Below, in pieces: positions 43,475 through 52,916 of a stretch of 64,000 nucleotides of DNA. This stretch comes from an uncultured Eubacteriales bacterium (GTDB lineage Bacteria; Bacillota; Clostridia; Oscillospirales; Oscillospiraceae). Made by a program: the position numbers and the translations under genes. Under the pieces are notes generated by a model. The model had not been told where the DNA came from and ran no database searches. It saw nothing but the letters and a program-made list of their open reading frames with translations. Every line of letters begins with the position of its first letter. The first letter of the stretch is position 1. The DNA is taken from the NCBI GenBank assembly GCA_949293985.1, contig CASFFN010000007.1, positions 20,619 through 84,618 of the forward strand, in the 5' to 3' direction.

Positions 43475-43879
43475 TTAGCGCTTGGAGAACTGGGGAGCTC
43501 TTCTTGCGGCCTTCAAGCCGTATTTCTTTCTTTCCTTCATTCTGGGGTCGCGGGTCAGGAAGCCGGAGGCCTTCAGGGAGCCGCGGAACTCAGGATTCAG
43601 GGTCAGCAGGGCGCGGGAGATGCCGTGACGGATAGCGCCGGCCTGTCCGGAAACGCCGCCGCCAGCTACATTGACAACCACATCTACTCTGTCAATCATG
43701 CCGGTGGAAACCAGGGGCTGACGGACAATCAGCTTCAGGGTGTCCAGGCCAAAGTACTCGTCGATATCACGGCCATTGACAATGATGGAACCGGTGCCGT
43801 TTTCGTAAACACGAACACGGGCAACGGAGGACTTACGACGGCCGGTGCCGTAATGATACTTCTTCTTGCTCTCGTACAT
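43475..43879 (-). CDS. rpsI: 30S ribosomal protein S9
   Basis: 134 aa. [16 protein letters not shown] and the C-terminus [14 protein letters not shown]. Confidence 0.95.
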   Translation of the reverse strand: MYESKKKYHYGTGRRKSSVARVRVYENGTGSIIVNGRDIDEYFGLDTLKLIVRQPLVSTGMIDRVDVVVNVAGGGVSGQAGAIRHGISRALLTLNPEFRGSLKASGFLTRDPRMKERKKYGLKAARRAPQFSKR

Positions 43880-43896
43880 AATCGATTACCTCCAAA

Positions 43897-44328
43897 TCAG
43901 TCCAGGGTCCAGGCTTCGGGCTTCTGGGCAGCGTGAGGATGCTCATTACCCTTGTACAGGTGCAGGCGGGTCATGCTGGTACGGCCCAGAGAGTTCTTGG
44001 GCAGCATGCCCTTGACAGCCAGCTCCATGGCGTAGTCAGACCGCTTCTCCATCATAATGCGAGCCTTGGTCTCCTTCAGACCGCCAATCCAGCCGGACAC
44101 CCGGTAGTAGACCTTCTGCTCAGCCTTCTTGCCGGTGAGAATGGCCTTGTCGGTGTTGATGATGATGACATAGTCGCCGCAGTCAACATTGGGAGTAAAA
44201 TCAACCTTGTGCTTGCCCCGCAGCAGGTTAGCAGCGATGACAGCGGTGCGGCCCAGGGGCTTTCCGGCGGCATCCAGAACATACCACTTGCGCTCCAGGG
44301 TCTCCTTCTTTGCTAAAGTAGTGGACAT
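43897..44328 (-). CDS. rplM: 50S ribosomal protein L13
   Basis: 143 aa. RKWYVLDAAGKPLGRTAVIAANLLRGKHK. GGAGG RBS precedes ATG 44328; the track start at 44370 adds 14 unlikely residues. Confidence 0.95.
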   Translation of the reverse strand: MSTTLAKKETLERKWYVLDAAGKPLGRTAVIAANLLRGKHKVDFTPNVDCGDYVIIINTDKAILTGKKAEQKVYYRVSGWIGGLKETKARIMMEKRSDYAMELAVKGMLPKNSLGRTSMTRLHLYKGNEHPHAAQKPEAWTLD

Positions 44329-44405
44329 TATGCGTTCCTCCAATAGGTTAAAATATTTTGACAAATTCATGCGCAGGCATTACAATGTCTGCAAAACGCT
44401 TGATT

Positions 44406-44434
44406 TTTATATCACAGGATTGAAAAAATGTCAA
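44406..44434 (-). promoter_or_regulatory. Promoter for rplM-rpsI
   Basis: On the minus strand: TTGACA (44434-44429), 17-nt spacer, extended -10 TGaTATAAA (44411-44406). Confidence 0.6.
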
Positions 44435-44553
44435 TTGGTTTTTGATGAAAATTTATAGAATCAAATATAAACTCTCGATTGCTCTAAAATCCTCTTGTAT
44501 ACTCTTGTTTTCTCGCTTGCTATTTTTATATAAAAATTGGAGGAATTGCGCCT

Positions 44554-45294
44554 ATGCAGAAGTTGGTCGGCCTGGTGCGCCGTTGTGTGGAAGATTATCA
44601 TATGATTGAGCAGGGGGATAAAATCGCTGTGGGCGTGTCCGGCGGCAAAGACTCTTTGGCATTGCTGGTATTTCTTGCGGAATTGAAAAAATACAACCAT
44701 ATTCCTTTTGAACTGGGAGCGATTACCATTGATATGGGATTGGGGATGGACTATTCGGGGATTGAGAACCTGTGCCGGGAGCTGGCCGTGCCTCTGAGAA
44801 TCGTGAAAACGGAAATCGGCCCCATAATCTTCGATTACCGGAAAGAGAAGAATCCCTGCTCCATGTGCGCCAAAATGCGCAGGGGAGCGCTGAACCAGGC
44901 GATTCTGGACATGGGATACAACAAACTGGCCCTGGGTCACCACTACGACGACGCTGTGGAGACCTTTGTTATGTCCCTGCTTTTTGAAGGGCGTATCAGT
45001 TGCTTTCAGCCGGTGACGCAACTGGACAGAACCGGAATCACCCAAATCCGGCCCATGCTTTACATCCATGAAGGGACGATTGATAACTTTGCCAACCGGG
45101 CCAATCTGCCGGTGCTGACCAATCGCTGCCCGGTGGATAAGCACACCAAGCGGGAAGAGGTGAAGGAACTGGTATACCGTTTGTCCAAGACCTATCCTGA
45201 CTTGAAAGAGCGTATTTTTGGCGCTATGCAGCGTTATCCGCTGCCGGCATGGGAGCCCCGGGGAAGGTACAAACGGCCCAAGGACCAGGTATGA
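44554..45294 (+). CDS. ttcA: PP-loop ATPase, TtcA family (tRNA 2-thiocytidine biosynthesis-like)
   Basis: 246 aa. SGGKDS PP-loop, CSMCAKMRRG and LGHHYDD motifs. Confidence 0.8.
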   Translation: MQKLVGLVRRCVEDYHMIEQGDKIAVGVSGGKDSLALLVFLAELKKYNHIPFELGAITIDMGLGMDYSGIENLCRELAVPLRIVKTEIGPIIFDYRKEKNPCSMCAKMRRGALNQAILDMGYNKLALGHHYDDAVETFVMSLLFEGRISCFQPVTQLDRTGITQIRPMLYIHEGTIDNFANRANLPVLTNRCPVDKHTKREEVKELVYRLSKTYPDLKERIFGAMQRYPLPAWEPRGRYKRPKDQV

Positions 45295-45340
45295 AAAATT
45301 TTCCAATGGGACATACTGCCAATGAAGGAGGCGGTGTGCC

Positions 45341-45601
45341 ATGGTGAAAGGAATATCCAGGCAGGTGATTGTAGTCCAATCTCCGGACCCAAAGCTGTTT
45401 GAGCAGGCAATCTTTATTCTAAAGGAGGGGGCCATAGAGGCAGGAGGTGTCACCGACCAGCAGCTGCTCAGCGAAGCGAACCGGCTGATTCGCAGCGGCA
45501 GAGCGGAAAAAATGGGACTGCGGCGGATTTCCGGACCAATTTGGGCCTGCGCGGGCGCCCTGCTTACAGGCGTCGCCTGGGTAATTTGCGCTTTAATATA
45601 G
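45341..45601 (+). CDS. Hypothetical small protein with a C-terminal TM helix
   Basis: 86 aa. C-terminal GPIWACAGALLTGVAWVICALI. No family recognised. Confidence 0.5.
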   Translation: MVKGISRQVIVVQSPDPKLFEQAIFILKEGAIEAGGVTDQQLLSEANRLIRSGRAEKMGLRRISGPIWACAGALLTGVAWVICALI

Positions 45602-45673
45602 ATTGCGGAAAGGGCTTTCGTGTGCTATAATCCCAGAAAAGTATAGTTTTCGTAGACAGAAAGAGGTGCTAAA

Positions 45674-46639
45674 ATGCACATTGGAAGCATAGAGATAGAA
45701 AATCCTTTGTTTTTGGGTCCTATGGCCGGCGTGACCGACTGGGCATTTCGGACAGTTTGTGCCGAACAGGGTGCAAATGTTACGGTGACGGAGATGGTTT
45801 CCTCCCGGGCGCTGGTGTATCGGGACAAAAAAAGCGCGGCGCTGCTGAAGAAAAACTCCGGTTCTGTCTGCGGCGCCCAGATTTTTGGAAATGACCCGGC
45901 AATCATGGCGGAGGCGGCGCAGCTGGCCCTGGAGATTTCCGGCTGCGATTTTCTGGATATTAACATGGGCTGCCCAATGCCCAAAATTGCCAATTCCGGG
46001 GACGGCTGCGGACTCATGCGTACACCGGAGCTGGCAGGAGAGATTGTCCGTGCTGTGGCAGATGCCGTCAGCGTACCGGTTACGGTGAAATGCCGCCTGG
46101 GATGGGACAAGGGAAATATCAATGTGTTGGATTTTACTCGCCGGATGGAGCAAAGCGGCGCGGCGCTGGTGACGGTGCATGGACGCACCCGTTCCATGCT
46201 GTATACCGGTGTGGCAGATTGGGATATGATACGCAAGGTCAAGGAGCGGCTGTCCATACCGGTGATCGCCAACGGAGATATTGTGGATGCAGCCTCAGCG
46301 GTAAAATGCAAAAATTGGACCGGCGCTGACGGCCTGATGATTGGCAGAGCCGCATTCGGCGATCCATGGATATTTGCGCAAGTCCGCGCCGCCTTTTCCG
46401 GAGAGCCTGTACCGGATCGGCCGCCTTTGCGGGAGCGGGTGGAAACAGCGCTAAAACAGTTCCGGCTGGCCTATGAAGACAAGGGGGAGCATATTGCCTG
46501 CCTGGAGGCCAGAAAACACTTTGCCTGGTATCTGCGGGGCGTTGCTCATAGCAACTATTACAAAGCACAGATTTCCAATATTTCCCAAATGGAGGATATT
46601 GAATACATTGCCAGAGGAATTCAGCGGGATCTCCAATAA
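45674..46639 (+). CDS. dus: tRNA-dihydrouridine synthase
   Basis: 321 aa. LGPMAGVTDWAFR, DINMGCPMPK and VTVKCRLGWD motifs. Confidence 0.9.
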   Translation: MHIGSIEIENPLFLGPMAGVTDWAFRTVCAEQGANVTVTEMVSSRALVYRDKKSAALLKKNSGSVCGAQIFGNDPAIMAEAAQLALEISGCDFLDINMGCPMPKIANSGDGCGLMRTPELAGEIVRAVADAVSVPVTVKCRLGWDKGNINVLDFTRRMEQSGAALVTVHGRTRSMLYTGVADWDMIRKVKERLSIPVIANGDIVDAASAVKCKNWTGADGLMIGRAAFGDPWIFAQVRAAFSGEPVPDRPPLRERVETALKQFRLAYEDKGEHIACLEARKHFAWYLRGVAHSNYYKAQISNISQMEDIEYIARGIQRDLQ

Positions 46640-46693
46640 TTGCATTGTATGATTGTTTCCGCCGTTTCACATGATAACCGGGAGGTGATTTGT

Positions 46694-47656
46694 GTGAAGC
46701 GGCGGATTTTATTGTTGTTACTGATTTTTTTGGTTCCGGTATTGCCGGTTGAGGCAGCACCTATCCGATGGGTAGACTTTTCCGTCCCCTATGAATCCTT
46801 GAAATATGCAATGGATGTGGACATCGCTACAGCGGAGCAGGAACCGCATTTGAATTGGATACGCACCCTGGCTTTGGCAGGGTGCCGCACCGGTGGAAAA
46901 TGTGGCTTGACCGCTGTGAAACAAGCGGTGGGGGACTTGCGGACAGGGAAATCCCCGGAGGAGCTTTTGGGAGCGCTATACAAACATTATGACTACTATT
47001 ACGAGGCCTATACGGCGGTTTTGGGTGGTCTTGTGGGGCATTATGCCATTTTAGATGGTGGGCAATGGAAGCAGGCCTATGGACTGAAAGCCTTTTCTCC
47101 CATTGCCGCCGGTTATGGGTACAGCCATTGTTCGGATTTTGGAAACAGCCGCACCTATGGCTTTGCAAGAAAGCATTTGGGCAACGATCTGATGGGAGGC
47201 CAGGGAACCCCCATTGTGGCTGTGGAAGGAGGCGTTGTGGAGGCTCTGGGTTGGAACCAGTACGGAGGCTGGCGGGTGGGTATCCGTTCCTTTGACGGAA
47301 AACGGTACTATTACTATGCTCACCTGCAAAAGGACCATCCCTTTGCGGAAAACCTGAAAGAGGGGGATATGGTCCAGGCCGGGGAGTTGATTGGCTTTAT
47401 GGGAAGAACCGGCTACTCCCAAAAAGAAAATGTAAACAACATCGAAACGGTACACCTTCACTTCGGTATGCAGCTGATTTTTGATGAGAGCCAGAAAGAG
47501 TGTAATTCCGAAATCTGGGTGAATGTATATCCGTTGGTGCGCTTGCTCTCTGAACACCGGTCCAGTCTGAGAAAAACGGAGAAGGGGTGGCAGCGGGTGT
47601 ATCCCTATGAAGATTTGGATACGGATAGTTTGGATTTTTATCTTGGAAATGACTGA
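46694..47656 (+). CDS. M23 family metallopeptidase (secreted)
   Basis: Signal-like LLLLLLIFLVPVLPVEAAP. M23 motifs HLGNDL and YYYAHL...GRTGYS...VHLHF. GTG 46694 lies 8 nt after GGAGGTGA. Confidence 0.8.
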   Translation: MKRRILLLLLIFLVPVLPVEAAPIRWVDFSVPYESLKYAMDVDIATAEQEPHLNWIRTLALAGCRTGGKCGLTAVKQAVGDLRTGKSPEELLGALYKHYDYYYEAYTAVLGGLVGHYAILDGGQWKQAYGLKAFSPIAAGYGYSHCSDFGNSRTYGFARKHLGNDLMGGQGTPIVAVEGGVVEALGWNQYGGWRVGIRSFDGKRYYYYAHLQKDHPFAENLKEGDMVQAGELIGFMGRTGYSQKENVNNIETVHLHFGMQLIFDESQKECNSEIWVNVYPLVRLLSEHRSSLRKTEKGWQRVYPYEDLDTDSLDFYLGND

Positions 47657-47664
47657 AAAAGCAT

Positions 47665-47693
47665 TTGACAAAAAATGACCTTTGTGATACAAT
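47665..47693 (+). promoter_or_regulatory. Promoter of the pyr operon
   Basis: TTGACA (47665-47670), 17-nt spacer, extended -10 TGaTACAAT (TACAAT at 47688-47693). Confidence 0.65.
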
Positions 47694-47725
47694 CACCCGG
47701 ATAAAAATATTAGGGGGAACGAGGC

Positions 47726-48931
47726 ATGATGAACACCAAGGTGAAGCTGAAAAGTGTTGGCTGTTCTATCCATCCTTCTTCTTTTTCCAATTCTGCTATG
47801 GAATTGTTGTTTCCTTTTTTCAATTCCTCATATGTTGTTTTTCCCGGCTTTTGTGATGTGCATGTGCATCTCAGAGAGCCGGGATTTTCATACAAGGAAA
47901 CAATCAAAACCGGAACGGCAGCTTGTGCAAGAGGCGGGTACACCAGCGTATGCGCCATGGCCAACCTGAAGCCGGTACCGGACAGTCTGGAAAACCTGAA
48001 GGTACAAAAACAGCTGATTGAAGATACGGCGTCCATTCATGTTTACCCTTACGGAGCGATTACCGTAGGGGAGCAGGGTGAGGTTCTGGCGGACTTGCGG
48101 GAAATGGCTCCATATGTTGCCGGTTTTTCCGACGATGGACGGGGGGTCCAAAGTCGGGAGATGATGAAGCAGGCTATGGAGACTGCCAAAAGTCTGGGCA
48201 AGGTAATTGTGGCCCATTGCGAGGTAAACGATCTGCTGAAAGGCGGTTACATCCATGACGGAGCCTACTGTGCGGCCCATGGCCATAAGGGTATTTGCAG
48301 CGCCAGCGAATATGAGCAGATCGCAAGGGATTTGGAGCTGGTGGCGGAAACCGGCTGTGCTTACCATGTGTGCCATATTTCCACCAAGGAAAGCGTTGCC
48401 CTGATTCGCAATGCCAAAAAACAGGGGCTGGATGTGACCTGCGAAACTGCCCCTCATTATCTGGTGATGGACGATAGCTTCTTACAGGAAGATGGCCGGT
48501 TCAAAATGAATCCGCCCCTGCGCGGCCCGGAAGACAGAAAGGCGCTGGTGGAAGGCCTGCTGGACGGCACCGTTGATATGATTGCCACAGACCACGCTCC
48601 CCACAGCCGGGAAGAAAAGAGTAAGGGCTTGGAAGGCAGTGCTTTTGGCGTGGTGGGCATTGAAACCGCGTTCCCGGTGATGTATACCCACTTTGTAAAG
48701 ACCGGAAAGCTTACATTGGAACGGCTGATACAGCTGATTTCTGAAAATCCCCGGAAGCGGTTTGATTTGCCTTTGAGAGATGATTTTACAGTATGGGATT
48801 TGGACGAGGCGTTTACGGTGGATCCGGAGCAGTTCCTCTCTATGGGCAGAGCTACCCCCTTTGCCGATTGGAAGCTCAGCGGCACCTGCGTGCTGACGGT
48901 TTGCCAGGGCAAGGTTGTATACAGCAGATAA
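47726..48931 (+). CDS. pyrC: Dihydroorotase (N-terminus atypical)
   Basis: PGFCDVHVHLREPG, AHCE, HVCHISTKES and ATDHAPH motifs align to class I PyrC. The first ~38 residues do not resemble the usual N-terminal domain, so the start is uncertain. Confidence 0.85.
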   Translation: MMNTKVKLKSVGCSIHPSSFSNSAMELLFPFFNSSYVVFPGFCDVHVHLREPGFSYKETIKTGTAACARGGYTSVCAMANLKPVPDSLENLKVQKQLIEDTASIHVYPYGAITVGEQGEVLADLREMAPYVAGFSDDGRGVQSREMMKQAMETAKSLGKVIVAHCEVNDLLKGGYIHDGAYCAAHGHKGICSASEYEQIARDLELVAETGCAYHVCHISTKESVALIRNAKKQGLDVTCETAPHYLVMDDSFLQEDGRFKMNPPLRGPEDRKALVEGLLDGTVDMIATDHAPHSREEKSKGLEGSAFGVVGIETAFPVMYTHFVKTGKLTLERLIQLISENPRKRFDLPLRDDFTVWDLDEAFTVDPEQFLSMGRATPFADWKLSGTCVLTVCQGKVVYSR

Positions 48932-48948
48932 TTCAGGAGGTAAGTATT

Positions 48949-51900
48949 ATGGCAAAAAGAACGGACATCAAGAAAATTTTGATTATTGGCTCCGGCCCCA
49001 TTGTGATTGGACAGGCCGCGGAGTTTGACTATGCGGGCACCCAGGCCTGCCTGGCTTTGAAAGAAGAGGGATACGAGGTTGTTCTGTGCAACTCCAACCC
49101 CGCCACAATCATGACCGACACCACCATTGCGGACAAGGTTTATATGGAGCCCCTGACCCTGGAATATGTTGCCAAAATCCTCCGCTATGAGCGGCCGGAC
49201 GCCATTGTCCCCGGCATTGGCGGACAGACCGGCCTGAACTTAGCTATGCAACTGGAAAAGAAGGGTGTTCTGAAGGAGTGCGGCGTAGAGCTTCTGGGTA
49301 CCAGCAGCACCTCCATTGAGCGGGCGGAGGACCGGGAGCTGTTCAAGGAGCTGTGCCAGTCTATTGGCGAGCCCACCATCCCCTCCGAGATTACCTACAA
49401 CCTGGAAGAGGCGAAAGCTGCGGCTCTGCGGATTGGCTATCCGGTGGTGCTGCGCCCTGCCTTTACCCTGGGCGGCACCGGCGGCGGTTTTGCCAACAAT
49501 GAAGAAGAATTGATTGAAATCGGCATGAACGCCTTTAAGCTGTCCCCCGTGCATCAGGTGCTGATTGAAAAGAGCGTGAAGGGCTATAAGGAAATTGAGT
49601 TTGAGGTCATGCGTGATTCCAATGACCATGCCATCACCATCTGCGGCATGGAGAATATCGACCCGGTGGGCGTTCACACCGGCGACTCCATTGTGGTAGC
49701 GCCCATTATGACTCTCAGCGACCATGACCTGAAGATGCTCAACGACAGCGCCATCAAGATCATTCGGGAACTGAAGATTGAAGGCGGCTGTAATGTGCAG
49801 TTTGCTCTGAATCCCAACAGCAGCGAGTATTACCTTATCGAGGTCAATCCCAGAGTGTCCCGTTCTTCCGCACTGGCTTCCAAGGCCAGCGGCTATCCCA
49901 TTGCCCGGGTGACTGCCAAGATTGCAGTGGGTATGGCTCTGGAGGATATTAAGATTGCCAACACCAACGCCGCCTTTGAGCCCTCTTTGGATTATGTGGT
50001 GGCAAAGCTCCCCAGATTCCCCTTTGACAAGTTTGCTACCGCCAAGAACACCCTGGGCACCCAGATGAAGGCCACCGGAGAAGTTATGGGTATCGGCTCC
50101 AACCTGGAGGAATGTCTGCTGAAGTCTGTCCGTTCTCTGGAAATCGGCGCCTGCCACTTCCATCTGCCCAAGTTCGACGGCTTCTCCACCCAGGAGCTGC
50201 TGGACTATATTGCGGAGTTCAAGGATGATAACATCTTCGCCATGACTGAGCTGATGCGCCGGGATGTGCCGGTTGCCAAGCTCCACGAAATTACCAAGAT
50301 TACCGCTTACTTCCTGGAGGCGCTGAACCGGATTGTCGCCATGGAGCGGAAGCTCTCCGGCAATGCGGGAAGCGCGGAAGTGCTGAAAGAGGCCAAGGAA
50401 ATGGGCTTCAGCGACAAATTCATTGCAAAGCTCTGGGGCTGGAAGGAGCTGGAGGTTTATAACCTGCGAAAAGAGCAGAAAATGTTCCCTGTGTACCGGA
50501 TGGTGGACACCTGTCATACTGGCGCCTACATCCCATACTTCTACTCCTCCTACACCGGCGAAAATGCCTCCCGCCTGACGGAAAAGAAGAAGATCGTGGT
50601 GCTGGGTGCAGGCCCCATCCGTATTGGTCAGGGTGTGGAATTCGACTACTCCACCGTCCATGCGGTGACCACCATCAAGAACTCCGGCTATGAGGCTATT
50701 ATCATCAACAACAACCCGGAAACGGTTTCCACCGACTACACCACGGCAGATAAGCTGTACTTTGAACCCCTGACTCCGGAAGATGTGATGAACATCATTG
50801 AGTTTGAGAAGCCGGAGGGTGTGATTGCCTCTCTGGGCGGTCAGACGGCTATCAATCTGGCCCAGCCTTTGATGGATCGGGGCGTAAAGATTATCGGCAC
50901 CGACTGCCAGGCCATTGAGCGGGCAGAGAACCGGGACAGCTTTGAGAAGATCCTCAAGGATTTGAACATTCCCCAGCCCAAGGGCCACGCCGTTACCAAG
51001 ATTGAAGACGGCATTGCCGCTGCCAACGAGATTGGCTATCCGGTGCTGGTGCGTCCCAGCTTCGTCCTGGGCGGACGGGCTATGCAGATTGTAGCCAACG
51101 AGGAGCAGCTGCGCCACTACCTGAAAACTGCCGTAGAAATTGACGAGGACAAGCCGGTGCTGGTGGACAAGTACATTGAGGGCAGAGAGGTGGAGGTAGA
51201 CGCCATCTGCGACGGTATCAATGTGTTTGTGCCCGGCATTATGGAGCTGGTAGAGCGCACCGGCGTCCACAGCGGCGACTCCATCAGTGTGTACCCCTCC
51301 TTCAGCATCTCCAATAAGGTGAAGGGGATTATCCTCCAGTATGCCAAGAAGCTGGGCCTGGGCATTGGCATCATCGGCCTTTACAACATCCAGTTCATTG
51401 TGGACAAGGAAGACAATGTGTTCATCATTGAGGTGAATCCCCGTTCTTCCCGTACCGTCCCCTTCCTGAGCAAGGCTACCGGCTACTCCCTGGCGGATAT
51501 TGCCACGGAAGTGATTATGGGCAAGTCCCTGAAGGAGCAGGGTATCTTTGACATCTACCCGGAGGAGAGAAAGCGCTGGTATGTAAAGGTGCCTGTGTTC
51601 TCCTTTAACAAGATTCGCGGACTGGATGCTTACCTGTCCCCGGAGATGAAGTCCACCGGTGAGGCCATCGGCTATGACGACAAGATGAACCGCGCCCTTT
51701 ACAAGGCATTGCAGGCCTCCGGTATGCATTTGCAGAACTACGGCACCGTCTTTGCTACTATTGCGGACAAGGACAAGGAGGAGGCGCTGCCCCTGATTCG
51801 CCGGTTCTATAACCTGGGCTTCAACATTGAAGCAACCGTCGGCACGGCCAACTTCCTGAAGAAGAACGGTATCCGTACCCGGGCTCTGGGCAAAATCAGT

Positions 51901-52122
51901 GAAGGAAACGAGCAGATTCCCGAGGCTCTGCGTCAGGGACATATCGCCTATGTCATCAACACAAAGGAACCCGGCTCTGAGGGGTCCGATAATGACGGCC
52001 ACGCTATCCGCAGAATCGCTACGGAAAACAATGTGACGATTTTCACTGCGCTGGATACGGTTCGGGTGCTGCTGGATGTTCTGGAGGAAACCACTCTGAC
52101 CATCTCGACCATTGATACCTAA
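48949..52122 (+). CDS. carB: Carbamoyl-phosphate synthase large subunit
   Basis: 1,057 aa. MAKRTDIKKILIIGSGPIVIGQAAEFDYAGTQA, duplicated ATP-grasp halves, and an MGS-like C-terminus. AGGAGG RBS precedes ATG 48949. Confidence 0.95.
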   Translation: MAKRTDIKKILIIGSGPIVIGQAAEFDYAGTQACLALKEEGYEVVLCNSNPATIMTDTTIADKVYMEPLTLEYVAKILRYERPDAIVPGIGGQTGLNLAMQLEKKGVLKECGVELLGTSSTSIERAEDRELFKELCQSIGEPTIPSEITYNLEEAKAAALRIGYPVVLRPAFTLGGTGGGFANNEEELIEIGMNAFKLSPVHQVLIEKSVKGYKEIEFEVMRDSNDHAITICGMENIDPVGVHTGDSIVVAPIMTLSDHDLKMLNDSAIKIIRELKIEGGCNVQFALNPNSSEYYLIEVNPRVSRSSALASKASGYPIARVTAKIAVGMALEDIKIANTNAAFEPSLDYVVAKLPRFPFDKFATAKNTLGTQMKATGEVMGIGSNLEECLLKSVRSLEIGACHFHLPKFDGFSTQELLDYIAEFKDDNIFAMTELMRRDVPVAKLHEITKITAYFLEALNRIVAMERKLSGNAGSAEVLKEAKEMGFSDKFIAKLWGWKELEVYNLRKEQKMFPVYRMVDTCHTGAYIPYFYSSYTGENASRLTEKKKIVVLGAGPIRIGQGVEFDYSTVHAVTTIKNSGYEAIIINNNPETVSTDYTTADKLYFEPLTPEDVMNIIEFEKPEGVIASLGGQTAINLAQPLMDRGVKIIGTDCQAIERAENRDSFEKILKDLNIPQPKGHAVTKIEDGIAAANEIGYPVLVRPSFVLGGRAMQIVANEEQLRHYLKTAVEIDEDKPVLVDKYIEGREVEVDAICDGINVFVPGIMELVERTGVHSGDSISVYPSFSISNKVKGIILQYAKKLGLGIGIIGLYNIQFIVDKEDNVFIIEVNPRSSRTVPFLSKATGYSLADIATEVIMGKSLKEQGIFDIYPEERKRWYVKVPVFSFNKIRGLDAYLSPEMKSTGEAIGYDDKMNRALYKALQASGMHLQNYGTVFATIADKDKEEALPLIRRFYNLGFNIEATVGTANFLKKNGIRTRALGKISEGNEQIPEALRQGHIAYVINTKEPGSEGSDNDGHAIRRIATENNVTIFTALDTVRVLLDVLEETTLTISTIDT

Positions 52123-52129
52123 TGAAAGA

Positions 52130-52160
52130 CTATCCCGGCGGATAATCTCTGCCGGGATAG
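52130..52160 (+). other. Intercistronic stem-loop between carB and pyrK (no U-run)
   Basis: CTATCCCGGC (52130-52139) pairs with GCCGGGATAG (52151-52160), with an 11-nt loop. Confidence 0.5.
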
Positions 52161-52181
52161 AAGAGCATGAAAGGAGCACAA

Positions 52182-52916
52182 ATGAAGCAGGGATTCTTTG
52201 AAATCACGGAAAATGTACCCCTTACGGAAAATGTTTACAAGATGGTGCTGCGGGGAGATGCTTCTGCCATTACCGCCCCGGGACAGTTTGTAAATATTCA
52301 GCTGGACGGCCTGTATCTCCGCCGGCCCATTTCCGTATGCGATGTGTCCGGGGATTGTTTGACCATTATTTATAAAGTAGTAGGGAAAGGGACTGCCAAG
52401 CTTTCCCAAATGCGGAGCGGCAGCCTTGACCTGCTCACCGGCCTGGGCAACGGCTATGACCTGTCCTGTGCAGGAGACCGCCCGGTGCTGCTGGGGGGCG
52501 GCGTTGGAGTGCCTCCCATGTACCTGCTGGCCAAAAGACTGCTGGCGGAGGGAAAGCAGGTGCGGGTGATTCTGGGTTTCAATACCCAGAAGGAAGTCTT
52601 TTACGAAAGAGAATTCCGGGAATTGGGCGCTCAGGTGACGGTGACCACGGTGGACGGCACCTATGGCGCCCGCGGCTTTGTCACCGATGTGCTGAAGGAT
52701 ATGGATTATACATACTTTTACACCTGCGGCCCCGAGCCTATGCTGAAGGCCGTATACCGGGCAAGCCAAACCTCGGGACAGATGAGTTTTGAGAAGCGTA
52801 TGGGCTGCGGCTTTGGCGCCTGCATGGGCTGCTCCTGCAAGACCATTACAGGCTATAAGCGGATTTGTAAGGAAGGCCCTGTGATGCGGAAGGAGGAGAT
52901 TCTGTGGGAAAACTGA
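52182..52916 (+). CDS. pyrK: Dihydroorotate dehydrogenase electron-transfer subunit
   Basis: FAD/NAD-binding fold (RRPISV, GGGVGVPP) plus the C-terminal 2Fe-2S motif CGFGACMGCSC. AAAGGAG RBS precedes ATG 52182. Confidence 0.9.
   Translation: MKQGFFEITENVPLTENVYKMVLRGDASAITAPGQFVNIQLDGLYLRRPISVCDVSGDCLTIIYKVVGKGTAKLSQMRSGSLDLLTGLGNGYDLSCAGDRPVLLGGGVGVPPMYLLAKRLLAEGKQVRVILGFNTQKEVFYEREFRELGAQVTVTTVDGTYGARGFVTDVLKDMDYTYFYTCGPEPMLKAVYRASQTSGQMSFEKRMGCGFGACMGCSCKTITGYKRICKEGPVMRKEEILWEN

Noticed and set aside
44329-44405. A possible ribosomal-protein L13 leader structure upstream of rplM.
   Set aside because: Only a weak 6-bp hairpin (GCAGAC...GCCTGC) is visible, and I cannot match it to the Rfam L13 leader from memory. 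It needs a covariance-model scan.
49240-52179. 979-aa antisense ORF inside carB. Similar long antisense ORFs occur at 60913-62841 (642 aa), 21362-23239 (625 aa), 33547-35061, 32262-33800, 62866-63951, 54985-56361 and 59192-60481.
   Set aside because: All are mirror frames of confidently identified genes. Their translations are repetitive and low-complexity, and they cross intergenic terminators and promoters. They are compositional artefacts.
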